From assembly GCF_000743755.1 (NCBI RefSeq), contig NW_014569445.1:1-33567 (forward strand): 33,567 nt of DNA. The letters are read 5' to 3'. Position numbers and translations under genes: made by a program. The notes under the pieces are model-generated. The model searched no databases. It had not been told where the DNA came from and was given only the letters and a program-made list of their open reading frames with translations. This document shows, piece by piece, positions 1-10,300 of the stretch. Each line of letters starts with the position of its first letter. The stretch's first letter is position 1. Source of the DNA: Blastocystis sp. subtype 4. Its lineage: Eukaryota.

Positions 1-1049
1 TTGGTACCTGCATATGAAGCAGAGTAACCATCAGTAGCACTGCACATAACAACAGTAGCACGAGTTCCAAGATACACTTCAGCCATCTCAATTCCTTGTG
101 ACTCGAATCCATAGGTATCAACACGATACATACGATAGGATTTAGTATTATCGAATGTATACACCTTATTATAACCATAAGCCTGTGAAGTTGACCATGA
201 AGGAGTATCATGCATCAGAGTGTCCCATGTTTCACCATCATTAGAACCCAACACATCAACGTTATAAGGACGACGATTTGGCATGTTACCAGAGTAGAAA
301 TTGAGATAGTTGATAAACACAGCACGATTGTTGTTGTAAGTCCACTGAATCCACACATGATCATCATCACCAGTCGAAGTACCATCTGAATCCATTGAGT
401 TGAACTTATCATTGGTATTCTTATTCACAGCATTTGGAACTGCTTCATACCATGTACCATCATCAAATCCAGGATGTGAATAGCTGAGAACACCATCAAC
501 AACCAAATCATCCTCATCCATCAACAAGGAAAGAGAGAAAGTGAGATCGTCAGTAACAGTAGTCATTGTGTGAGTCTCCAGACAAATCAGATTACCAGAA
601 GCACTCAATTGGGCAGCGGCAAACGAAAGAGAAACACGATACGAAACAGCCACATCAGACTGTGTTAGAGATTGAGTCATATAGGTGAGAGTGCCTTCAG
701 GCAGGTTATCTCTGAATTGTTCAACACCATTCAAATAGAGAGCATAACCTCCTTTCGTAGTTATAGTATAATCAACTGAAGCATACTGGACAACGCTAGA
801 AATATCAAATGAAGCACAATAATAAGCAGAAATACTCTGAGCTGAAGGCGCAGAAGCAAGAGTTGATGTTTGCCAACTGCTACCATCAAACTCATTCGTA
901 TTCCATCCTGCTGGGGCCTCAGCAGCTTCCACAAAGTATCTCCACTGAGTACTATCAGATAGTGTCGTTTGAGAAGTTGCTACAGATGAAATGAACACCA
1001 AAGAACTACCGATTGCAACAATAGCTAAAAGAGCAAAGAGATAAGACAT
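1..1049 (-). CDS. Secreted/surface protein with signal peptide and galactose-binding jelly-roll / discoidin-like domains (3' end outside the window)
   Basis: ATG at 1049 opens a frame that stays open to base 1: MSYLFALLAIVAIGSSLVF...QWRYFVEAAEAPAGWNTNEFDGSSW...YALYLNGVEQFRDNLPEG...RPYNVDVLGSNDGETWDTL...KSYRMYRV. The N-terminus is hydrophobic. GSNDGETW and YRMYR resemble F5/8-type C domains. It is missing from the ORF track because it has no stop in the window. Confidence 0.8.
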   Translation of the reverse strand, partial: MSYLFALLAIVAIGSSLVFISSVATSQTTLSDSTQWRYFVEAAEAPAGWNTNEFDGSSWQTSTLASAPSAQSISAYYCASFDISSVVQYASVDYTITTKGGYALYLNGVEQFRDNLPEGTLTYMTQSLTQSDVAVSYRVSLSFAAAQLSASGNLICLETHTMTTVTDDLTFSLSLLMDEDDLVVDGVLSYSHPGFDDGTWYEAVPNAVNKNTNDKFNSMDSDGTSTGDDDHVWIQWTYNNNRAVFINYLNFYSGNMPNRRPYNVDVLGSNDGETWDTLMHDTPSWSTSQAYGYNKVYTFDNTKSYRMYRVDTYGFESQGIEMAEVYLGTRATVVMCSATDGYSASYAGT

Positions 1050-1230
1050 TTTATGGTTTTGTATCTATCGGGAGTTTCATGAAGAAATGAGTGGTTCGCT
1101 TTCAATAGTTCAAATACAATTTATGAACAAATATTTCGTTGATAGATTAAGAGCACATTTAATGTACGTTGATTTGATGAGACACTCAATTGGTTTCGTT
1201 AATCTACATAAGTGGATCGTTTTCGAACTG

Positions 1231-4200
1231 TTATGATGCAAAACAAACAGCAGAATGGTACAGTTTCGGTTCGGGTAAAGTAAGATCATATATGTCTTGT
1301 GAAAAGGGTCTCTTCAAAACTTGCGTTGTTCCCAATAAAGAGGAACTATCTGCCACAGCTGATGAAAAAGAAGAATCATAGTCCACTGCTTCCCTGTTCT
1401 TTACCACTTTTCTTCCTAGCATTGAACGCAATCCTGTTTTCATAACAGAATTCATTTTCTGAGGACTAGTTTGAGCTGATCCTGGTAAACTTACTTCTCT
1501 GGTCTGAGTAGTGCTCGGCTTTTGCGATGTAAAATAACGACTGGAATTTGCTGTTCCTGAAACAGAGGGAGGAGAAGCTGATTCTGTTTGTGACCGTTCT
1601 CGAAGGATTTCTTGTTCGATTCCCTCACATGCTCTTAGCATTTCCTCATCTAGATCGATATCATTTAAGGGAAGCGGATCCTGAGCGGGATATGGACTCG
1701 GAGAAATTCCACTTGAATTTACGAAAGTGGCAGTTGGATTCGGAGGGGCAAAATATTGGCTTGCTGGAAGTGCTAATCGGTTCTTTGGTTGAGACTGAAC
1801 AGTCTGTACACTCCTCTCAGCTTTCATTGTTTGTTCTGTATGTTCCCTTACTGCCGCTTCCTGTTGTTTTCGTATCAGCCCACGGGAACAAAAAGGTTGC
1901 TTCAATTCAATATGGTTCACTCTCAAAAACTGCTGAATGCACTCTAATAGCGCTGCTCCGAAACGATTTACGGTATTGGGTGTTACTCGATCCATTGTTA
2001 GAAGTTCGGCTTCAGTTGTCGGAACTGTGATCGAAATCTCCTCTAAAACGGGACCTGTTAATGCGGTGAACACTTTCACATCCTTCAAGGTCTCTCGCAT
2101 ATCCATTAGTTCTCGTAACAGTTTCTCTTGATACACAGGAGGCAGTCGTGGGACCACTTCCGTATCCTCCTTAGATGTCACCATTGCACTCTTTGTAGTC
2201 TTCTTCTCTTTCGTTATTGAGAAGGATAATTTGTGTTGCCATAGTAACTCCACTTTCACACCTGTTGTGACATAGACTGTATTGAATCCACTAGCGTTCT
2301 TTCGATGACTTTCACTCAGACATCCCTTCTTCATCATATCATTGATGATTGTTTGCAAATCATCTTGAGAGATCTCGTTGGCACAGCCAAACTCACTGCA
2401 CTGCTCTGCTTCGCTACGCATTCGTTGAGGAAACGTACGTTTCAACCTCCCTTGAGCAATTTGAATTAAACGAGGAGTTGTCAAATCACTCGTTGCAAAG
2501 AGAGAAACTACATATTACTTGATTCTAGAAACATACCAATTTTGCTCAGTGACAAGGCGACGTTGGTCATATCAATCTCCTCCAATTCTTGCGGTGCCAA
2601 GCAATTATCACATAGATTCCCCATCCATCCACAGTTCTTCTTCTCAAATACCTCACTGAAGTACTTCAAAATAATGCACCGCCGACATTGTGTCCGATTC
2701 AAACAATAATCCACAATATGGGACAATTCCTGTAAATTATGGTATGTCATAGACTTATTGGACGAATCACGAATAAGACTCTCAATTACCTTTTTGTCTT
2801 TCCAACTAAAATAGAGAATGCAGTCTGCTTGATGACCGTCTCGTCCTGCGCGACCTGCTTCTTGATAATAGTGTGTTAAAGAATGAGGGATTTGAAAATG
2901 AATAACAAAACGCACATCAGTCTTGTTAATTCCCATCCCAAAGGCTACTGTAGCTGCAATCACTTTTAACTTATCATTGGACCAACTACATCTCATTCTA
3001 TTCTTGATCATGTACTCTTCCTGAACACATTTGCGTTCTTCATCTGTCAATCCAGCATGATAAAAACCAATCTTATTTGCATAACCAATATCCTTCAATT
3101 GTTCTCTTAATGCATTACATACCTTACAACATAGATTCTGAGTTCCACAATAAATGATGCCAGTTTGATTGAATCGCTTCGTTCGGATATAGTTACTAAT
3201 CTCTTCAATACAGGCCTTATCAGATTTCTTTTGATGGACCTCATAATACAATTCGGGTCGATTAAACGATTTCTGTATCACCAAAACAGTTCGTGGCGGA
3301 AGACCCAAAATCCGTAGAACATCTGTTTTCACCATATCCGTTGCTGTAGCTGTCAAAGCCATCAATGGGACAGTCGGAAAATTCGAGTTTCGAATCTTCC
3401 CTAGTTCTTCATAGTCCGGCCTGAAATCATGTCCCCACTGCGACATACAGTGAACCTCATCAATCACAAAGAGACTCATATACCCAATTTCAGCTAATTT
3501 CCGAAACAATCGTTGAATTCCTTCCGATCGTGATAACTTCTCTGGAGTAGTGTATATGAGTTTTTGGGTAGGTTGTCTGCGACTCCTTACACAACTCCAC
3601 AATTCACTCACACAATCGTCTCCAGCACCATTCCCCATAATAACTCCTACACTCACCGAGGCATCTCGAAGTGCAGAAACTTGATCTTGAACCAGACTAA
3701 CCAAAGGACTAACAACCAGCGTTACTCCTTCCATCATAATTGCTGGTAGCTGATAGCAAAGCGATTTCCCTCCTCCTGTTGGCATCACACAGAATACTGA
3801 GTATCCACACAAGGCTCCTCGAATTACCTCCAACTGCCCGGGCCTGAAATCATTATGACCAAACACATTCTTATTGGCTCGACGAAGATCCTGAATAGTT
3901 CGGGGGCACGTACTCAAAAGACGGTTGATATTGGGAATCAAAGTATCATCACCGAATTTGGCGAAAAAGGATCCAACAATAACCTTTCCTACTCCATCTG
4001 CTGCCACTTTCATTTTTGAGGCTTCTGCCTGAGAGGGAACGAATTGGATAGTATTGGAGTGAACTACCATTGGCTCAGGTTCCTCTAATTCCACAGGTTC
4101 TATAGACTCTATTGACTCGATTAACTCTCTAGACTGAGTGTTTATGGACTGAGGGATTGTATTCATCATATCCTTCTCACATTCTTGGATAGCATCCAGA

Positions 4201-4652
4201 ATGTCTGGTTCCAGAAGAGAATCGAGATAACTATCATCTGTGGAATTTCCAAACTGATAGGGTACAGATGAGATAAGTGAAGGAGAAGAAGAGAATGAAG
4301 GAGTGGAGGAGAACTGAGGAGCAGATGAAGCAAACTGAGGAGCAGATGAAGCAGGCTTAGGTACAGCAACTTGCTGAGGCACAGATACAGAAAATTGCGG
4401 AGTAGTGGATGATGTAGAAAAAGATTGAGATGCTAAGGACACAGGATGATCGGAAAACTCATGCAATTCAGGATGTTGATACGATACCTGGGGTCTGGAT
4501 TCCTGTTGACGTAGAGATGACTGATTTGAAAGTGACAATGGTTGTACAGATGGCTGAGTTACTTTAGAGCGATTAATAACAACAGGAGCAGGTAAAGGAA
4601 TAAACAACTTATGTTCTTGATTGATCCACTGATTATACGAATTCATTGACAC
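1231..4652 (-). CDS. RECQ: RecQ-family DNA helicase, BLM/Sgs1-like (helicase + RQC + HRDC); true stop probably created at 1254; 5' exons may extend to about 4896
   Basis: Motifs FGHNDFRPGQ, MPTGGGKSLCYQ, IDEVHCMSQWGHDFRPDY, ALTATA, ATVAFGMGINK and YYQEAGRAGRDG; RQC zinc cysteines (CRR...CGWMGNLCDNC); an HRDC-like segment in ORF 1231..2484. Introns at 2508-2536 (29 nt, joins the two ORFs) and 2986-3015 (30 nt, in frame). The start is uncertain; an ATG at 4896 is followed by intron-like segments. Confidence 0.93.
1242..1249 (-). terminator. TGTTTGTT 3'-end/polyadenylation motif of the RecQ gene
   Basis: Exact AACAAACA on the + strand at 1242-1249, at the end of the RecQ frame. It matches the Blastocystis motif known to lie just downstream of poly(A) sites. 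Confidence 0.85.
2986..3015 (-). other. 30-nt in-frame GT-AG intron hidden inside the RecQ ORF
   Basis: GTACATGATCAAGAATAGAATGAGATGTAG. Removing it changes CVQEEYMIKNRMRCSWSND to CVQEDWSNDKLKVIAAT, restoring normal RecQ spacing. Confidence 0.85.
4312..4353. repeat. Perfect 21-nt tandem duplication encoding (ASSAPQF)x2 in the RecQ N-terminal low-complexity region
   Basis: aactgaggagcagatgaagca occurs at 4312-4332 and 4333-4353. Confidence 0.9.
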
Positions 4653-4981
4653 ACCACTAACAACACTACATCAGTAATAATTTTAAACATGAAAGTACTT
4701 AGTCTGAAGTGAACCATCACTCACGTCCATTCGATAACATAATTCCTTTTCTAAAGATCCCCGCACCTAGGCTATTACAACACATCACGATTCAAACGCT
4801 TTGTAACCATTTCAATTCATTTCGAGTAATACTACTACTATCACCCCCAGATTGAACTTGAGATAGCTTTGTATTCCCATTTCGGGAAGATTGCATTCGT
4901 GGGTAACAAAACATGCATTGCCGCCAATTACACTTATTCGGAATGAACCTACCTGCTTCAACTACAAACAAAGAGTAATAT

Positions 4982-4989
4982 AACAAACA
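4982..4989 (-). terminator. TGTTTGTT 3'-end motif of the PP2C gene
   Basis: Exact AACAAACA on the + strand, 12 nt past the predicted TGA at 5002-5004. Confidence 0.8.
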
Positions 4990-5001
4990 TGAATAATCCT
5001 T

Positions 5002-6140
5002 TCAATCCTCCATTTGCTCCACCATCCCCTCACTTATCTGTTTTTGCTTCTCTTCCTCTTTCAAGCGTTGTTCAATTCGTTCTCTATTAGGTCTATTAAT
5101 TATCACTAAGAACGAATCACAAACTGAGGAGCCTTCTCAAATAATAGGATCATCAGCGAGATGTTGTCTTTACTACCCTTCTCTAAACATATATCCAGGA
5201 GTTTACAAACTGCATCCTCCACATTCTCGTAACTTTCGAGCAAATTATTGAGATCATAAACCAAATCCCTTGGATTCGGATACACATCCCACACACCATC
5301 ACAGGCAAAGACCAAGTAGTTATCTTCTTTACTCCGAGCGATCACTCGAACATCTGGTTCACACGATACTTCCTGAGCAATTGGAGACAAACCATTGTTC
5401 TGTTTATATGAAAAATCACCAAAGGCTCTTGAAACAGCCAAATCACCATTTACACGATTATTTACAACCACTCCACCTGCGTTGAATATCCTCCGTTTCT
5501 CTACTTCCTATTTATAATTCTACTTCTTCATTTATACTAATGCAGGTTTGTGATCAACAGAAAGAGGATTCGCTTCTCCACTTCGACTCAAAACACAACG
5601 TGAATCACCCAGATTTGATATAATATAATGAGAAGTTGTGATCAACCCACAAATCGCCGTACTGCCACTTCTTGTCTATTTGTTATCTATCGTCCCAGAT
5701 AATACAATCTGTGACTCGCGAATTTCGTCATCAAATCGAATAAAAGCTCTCTTGATTGTCGCTGCTAATTCATCCGCAGTTGGATTCTACATCAAAGTGC
5801 CAAAGAAAGAAATACAATCACGGAATCATCTAAATACTGCTTTTCAATCGTCTTTAAGATATGAGATTCACTTCATCTCAGAAATCGACAAATAATTACC
5901 AGTATGAGGATGTAGACACTCCTCCATGACCATCAAATACACCAAAGAATCCAGATTGAGGAAGCCAAGTGAGATTGGGTTCAAAGATGTGGGTGTCCTA
6001 TTTTATGATACCAATTTCATCGTGCTCACCTCCATACTCGTTCTCCAGCCTTGCATGGATACTACCACTCCCTTGTGCCCTTCAAACTCAAATGATTCAA
6101 TTTGCTTTTCTTTAATCGGCTGATTCAAGATGTTTCCCAT
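5002..6140 (-). CDS. Protein phosphatase 2C (PPM1A/PTC2-like), multi-exon
   Basis: Spliced product MGNILNQP...SMQGWRTSMEDTH...FFGVFDGHGG...SGSTA...NLGDSRCVL...DHKP...RVNGDLAVSRAFGDFSYK...ACDGVWDV...GSKDNIS...EQMED*. About six short introns, including 5998-6029 and 5093-5124 (32 nt each). The MG- start is compatible with myristoylation. Confidence 0.93.
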
Positions 6141-6231
6141 GTTCCTGCAGTGGTCCAAGCAAGAACCGGTTTGATAGACTTCCAAATTGAATGCAAAATT
6201 CCCGCGAAAATGTATTGAATTGACAAATGAT

Positions 6232-6239
6232 AACAAACA
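6232..6239 (-). terminator. TGTTTGTT 3'-end motif of the 6254-7177 gene
   Basis: Exact AACAAACA on the + strand, 14 nt past the TAG at 6254-6256. Confidence 0.8.
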
Positions 6240-6253
6240 ACTCATTACTACAT

Positions 6254-7177
6254 CTATTCCTTCAGAAAAACACGAACATTAGGGTCCGAACCAATTCGGC
6301 TATATGTATATCCATATTCCCGAAACAGTTGCTTCATCTCACGTACACCCCCAACAACTTCTATTACATTCGAATTTGTAATTATCACATATTGACGGAT
6401 AGTCAAGCAAAATCGAGCAACAAGCTCCTTGATGAACGACCAATCTAGATATGGGAGAATAAACTCACTCCAACCATTACTTCGAGTGTCAACGAAAAAT
6501 GTAGATATTTTGGATTGTGCCTTTTGATTAGTCTCTTCAATTGTTGTGATTATTGCTGCCTCATCCAAAACAGGAATGATGTGCCAATGATCTGAAGCAT
6601 ATGATGAGAGAGAAGAAGCACATTCGTTAGAACAGATAGACTATAAGTCACTTTGGCAGACAGACACTGTACAAACACAGTAGCTGTTGGTACCGAAACT
6701 AAAAATGGGATTTCAAAGTCATGGACATCATGGCTTCCAATAACTGCTACGACTCTATCCCTATCACCTAGTAATCATCCCTACTGAGATTCTGTTGTCT
6801 CTATATTGATGGAAAACTCTTGCATTTTAAGTTCTTTTGTTATATAGGAATTCTCTACTCATCAATCTACTACAACTTCCATACCATCATCTGAATGCAA
6901 TAACTTGATTCTAGAATATGATGCAGCTAGAAATGATCTTCAGAACGACAGTATAGTACATTGTTCAAGAGCTTCTCGAATGTGTTGATATTTGTCACCA
7001 GTTGTGTCGACATGGTACCCTACATTCGAATGGGAGAAAAAACATACGATGGTCAAACGAAGAGATTGGAATCACAGAAACCTTATCTTGCTTGCTATTT
7101 TGATTTCGAGACATTGAATACCAAATTATTAGTGCAACAGAAGATATAGCAACGATTACAATTCCTGTCTTCAACAT
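6254..7177 (-). CDS. Hypothetical type II membrane protein, multi-exon
   Basis: ATG at 7177 gives MLKTGIVIVAISSVALIIWYSMSR, a signal anchor. About six 28-33 nt GT-AG introns join it in frame to ORF 6254..6568. A 3'-end motif follows. Confidence 0.7.
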
Positions 7178-7301
7178 TCTATTGATCCTTTATTTTCACG
7201 TGGAATCGAACTTTAAACAACTCCCATGATCATGGATCTAGGGATACGCATCCTTGTCAAAACGAAGAAACCGTTCATATCCTATTCGGTACTTTGTTGG
7301 A

Positions 7302-10300
7302 ATGAATGATCTTGAATACACTTGTGAGACGAAAGGAGAGTGTGACTACTATCCTGACAACGATTACTTATCAAGAAGCAGTAGAATCGACAATGTGCAA
7401 ATCAAGAGCATTCTCGAGACCATGGGAAGTGCTGCCAAGAATTTGAAGCCATCTCTCTCGTTTTCGCAACACATGCTCCAAAGAATAATAACTGTCCGTA
7501 TATTTGATTCTATCCATGTGTAGAGTTTTGTAGATAATTCAGATTACATTGATTTTAAAGCAAACTCTGTTGCTGATGCTGATTGCAGTTCTAGCGAACT
7601 GTCAGCACATGAGGAAGCAACCTGTACTCTAATGGATCGATTTATTGAGAGTTTTATTGAGGAACAATTACATATTGGAGATGTAATGCTACGATGCGTT
7701 GTTTATCATAGGAATTAATGATTCAAACCATTAAGAATCATGAAGTTAGGGACTCTCCGTCCTTTGATGACTCTGAAAGGAGAGCACTCTATTCTCTTCT
7801 ACTCGTTATGCATGACGATTCAAAGAACGACCTACGAACAGAGTTGAGTAATATTATCACTAGACAATGCAATACACTTCTCCTGTTTGTTCTTCGTTTC
7901 CACTTGATTTGTAGTCATGATGCTCCCATTCTTGATTCCTCTCCTGCAGCCGTTCCTCGATGCTACTCATTGTCTCCAGGCTGTTCTTGTCAACAACGAA
8001 ATGATTCCACCTTCGATATCACCACTTTGCGTCATTCGGGTTTCTTTTTGCTCAGCTCGTTCTCTCTCGACGCTGAAGGACTCTCTTTTACACTCTCATC
8101 TACTTCAAACGTTATGGGTTCAGTTGGATTCATTCACGACTTAAGTCATGTTAATGAAGATTATGAAGTGACTGCTAAGTTCCACCTGGAATCGAAACAC
8201 GATCTCCATGTCCAACTAAACTTGCAAGAAAGTGAAATTCAGTAAGTATATGCATGTTCTTTTATACTAGATTCATTACTGAAGAGGGAAAGATTCAATC
8301 GCATCCGATTCCTGGTGAGCAACGACATGATAATCTTTTTGTTCTTTTCATTCAACCTGATTCTCATCTCACTCTTACTTACGCCCCAGAATCTTCCTTC
8401 ACACAGGCTCATCTTCTTATACAGCGTGACACTTGTATTCATATGATGCGAGATACAATTGTCATTCCTCGTATCTTTCTATTTGTTGCTTAACCTTAGT
8501 TACGAACACAGATCAAGATTGGTCCATTCATTGTATCTTCCGATTGTGGTCATATCCAGGAACAGAAACACCTTTGATATCTTGTGATCAATGGACTCTT
8601 TTGATATCTACCTCTTCCCTCACAATCCGTCAGGCTAGAGATAGTCTTCTCTCTATCCCACTGCTTACTCCTGAAGGAACTTGGATCAGTCTCACACTCA
8701 CTTCTTTTTCCAATCGAATTGAACTACTTGTTTCCGACAATGAGTCCTCTCATCAAACCCAGAAAAGTATTCATTTGAATTCTTCGACATCTATCACCTT
8801 AGGAGATTCAACTCTAACAATGGATCTTCTTGTCTTTAATCAATTCATCAACCAATCTCTCCACACCCAACTTCTATTTCCGTATCATTCAGTTTCCTCT
8901 CTCATGTTAAGCCCTTCGAATGCAGTATCCAATGGTCAATACATCAAGTACAATGACGAGAATACCAACTCTCAAGACGAGCTCAATAATTCTCAAGACC
9001 AACTCACAAGCTCTCATGATCAAGTCATCACTCTAGCGCATAAAGACTCTCTCGTCAAACTCAATCCACAGAACTGTTTCTGGTTATTCACAAACACTCC
9101 CTTCCCTACTTATTCTCGACTCCTTTCACATTCTCTTCCATCTCCTCCTGCTTCTTCATGGGACGAATTATTAGGAATATGTGCCGAGAAGCTAGATAAG
9201 TTTGGCTTGATCCAACTCTTAACTCATAGAATGCGACGACTTGCTGAGGAATCTGAACAGTCCACTAACACTCCTGGGTTTCGCTCATTGAAAGACTATT
9301 CCCAACACATCCTGTTATTACTAGGGTCTCAACCAATGACAATGAAATCTCTGTCACTCCTGGATCAATTACTGTTCCTGCATAAACCATCGCAGTCTCT
9401 TTTGCCTCAATTCCAATCAGCTCTTATCCGAGAATTCAATCACCGACATCGAGAAGAACACTCTTCAAGTGAGGAGAATCAACTCGAGAGCAAATCCTGG
9501 GAGTCGAAGAATGATGATGATTCTTCCTATTCGCGTCTTCTTCAAATCATCTCAACTCATTTTGATGTTCTCTTTGCCTCTGGAAGTGATGAAGTGAATG
9601 CTATGCTGTTTCTAGCACAGAAGGTTTCCTCTTCCTGTATTGCAAAGAGTGAGACGGTGATCTACGAAGATCTTCTGAGAAGTGTCTGTGAGAATCAATT
9701 CTTGATGACTACACTTGCTAATCGATGGATCCCTCGACAAGAGACACTGCGATGGCATCGAGTGAAGCAATCTCATGAATCAGAACACTTTGGTTTTGAT
9801 AAGGATCTGACAAGTGATGATATTGTAATTGATGAAGTGGAACAAACAATCACCAATGTCAATATTCATCACCGCAAGTTTAATATTGGAATCCTCTCTC
9901 CTGCTATTACTCGAGGATGTGTAGAATGTGTATTTCGATTGGCAGAGGATCGTGTTGGTGATGAAATGGTCTGTTTTGGTGTCTGTAACTTACCTCTTGA
10001 CACCATGAATTATGAAGAGAGTTCGTCAATGTGGATGTAGGAATGACTAGTTATTCTGATTCTAGATATCGTTGCTACAATGGAGAACTGTATTCCCAAG
10101 GAGAAAAGTTGGAACGAGTGATTAATCGCGCTCATCCAGGAGATACAATCACTCTTACTCTGGATCTAACGAATGCCTCACTTTCTCTAGCTATCAATAA
10201 CAAGTCCTTTGGAATTGTATTCACAAATCTCCCTCCACACCTCCATCTTTGTGTTCTGTTCTATAATTGCCAGCCTCCTCAACGAGCAGTGAAACTCCTC

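Noticed and set aside
1828..1835. Exact TGTTTGTT on the + strand
   Set aside because: It is antisense within the RecQ coding exon, and no supported + strand gene ends there.
1548..2030. 160-aa + strand ORF, and similar antisense or alternate-frame ORFs such as 16765..17280, 26510..27067 and 32089..32787
   Set aside because: They are shadows of well-supported genes and show no recognisable motifs.
6199..6210. TTCCCGCGAAAA, an E2F-like element upstream of PP2C
   Set aside because: It is a single short match with no independent support from the sequence.
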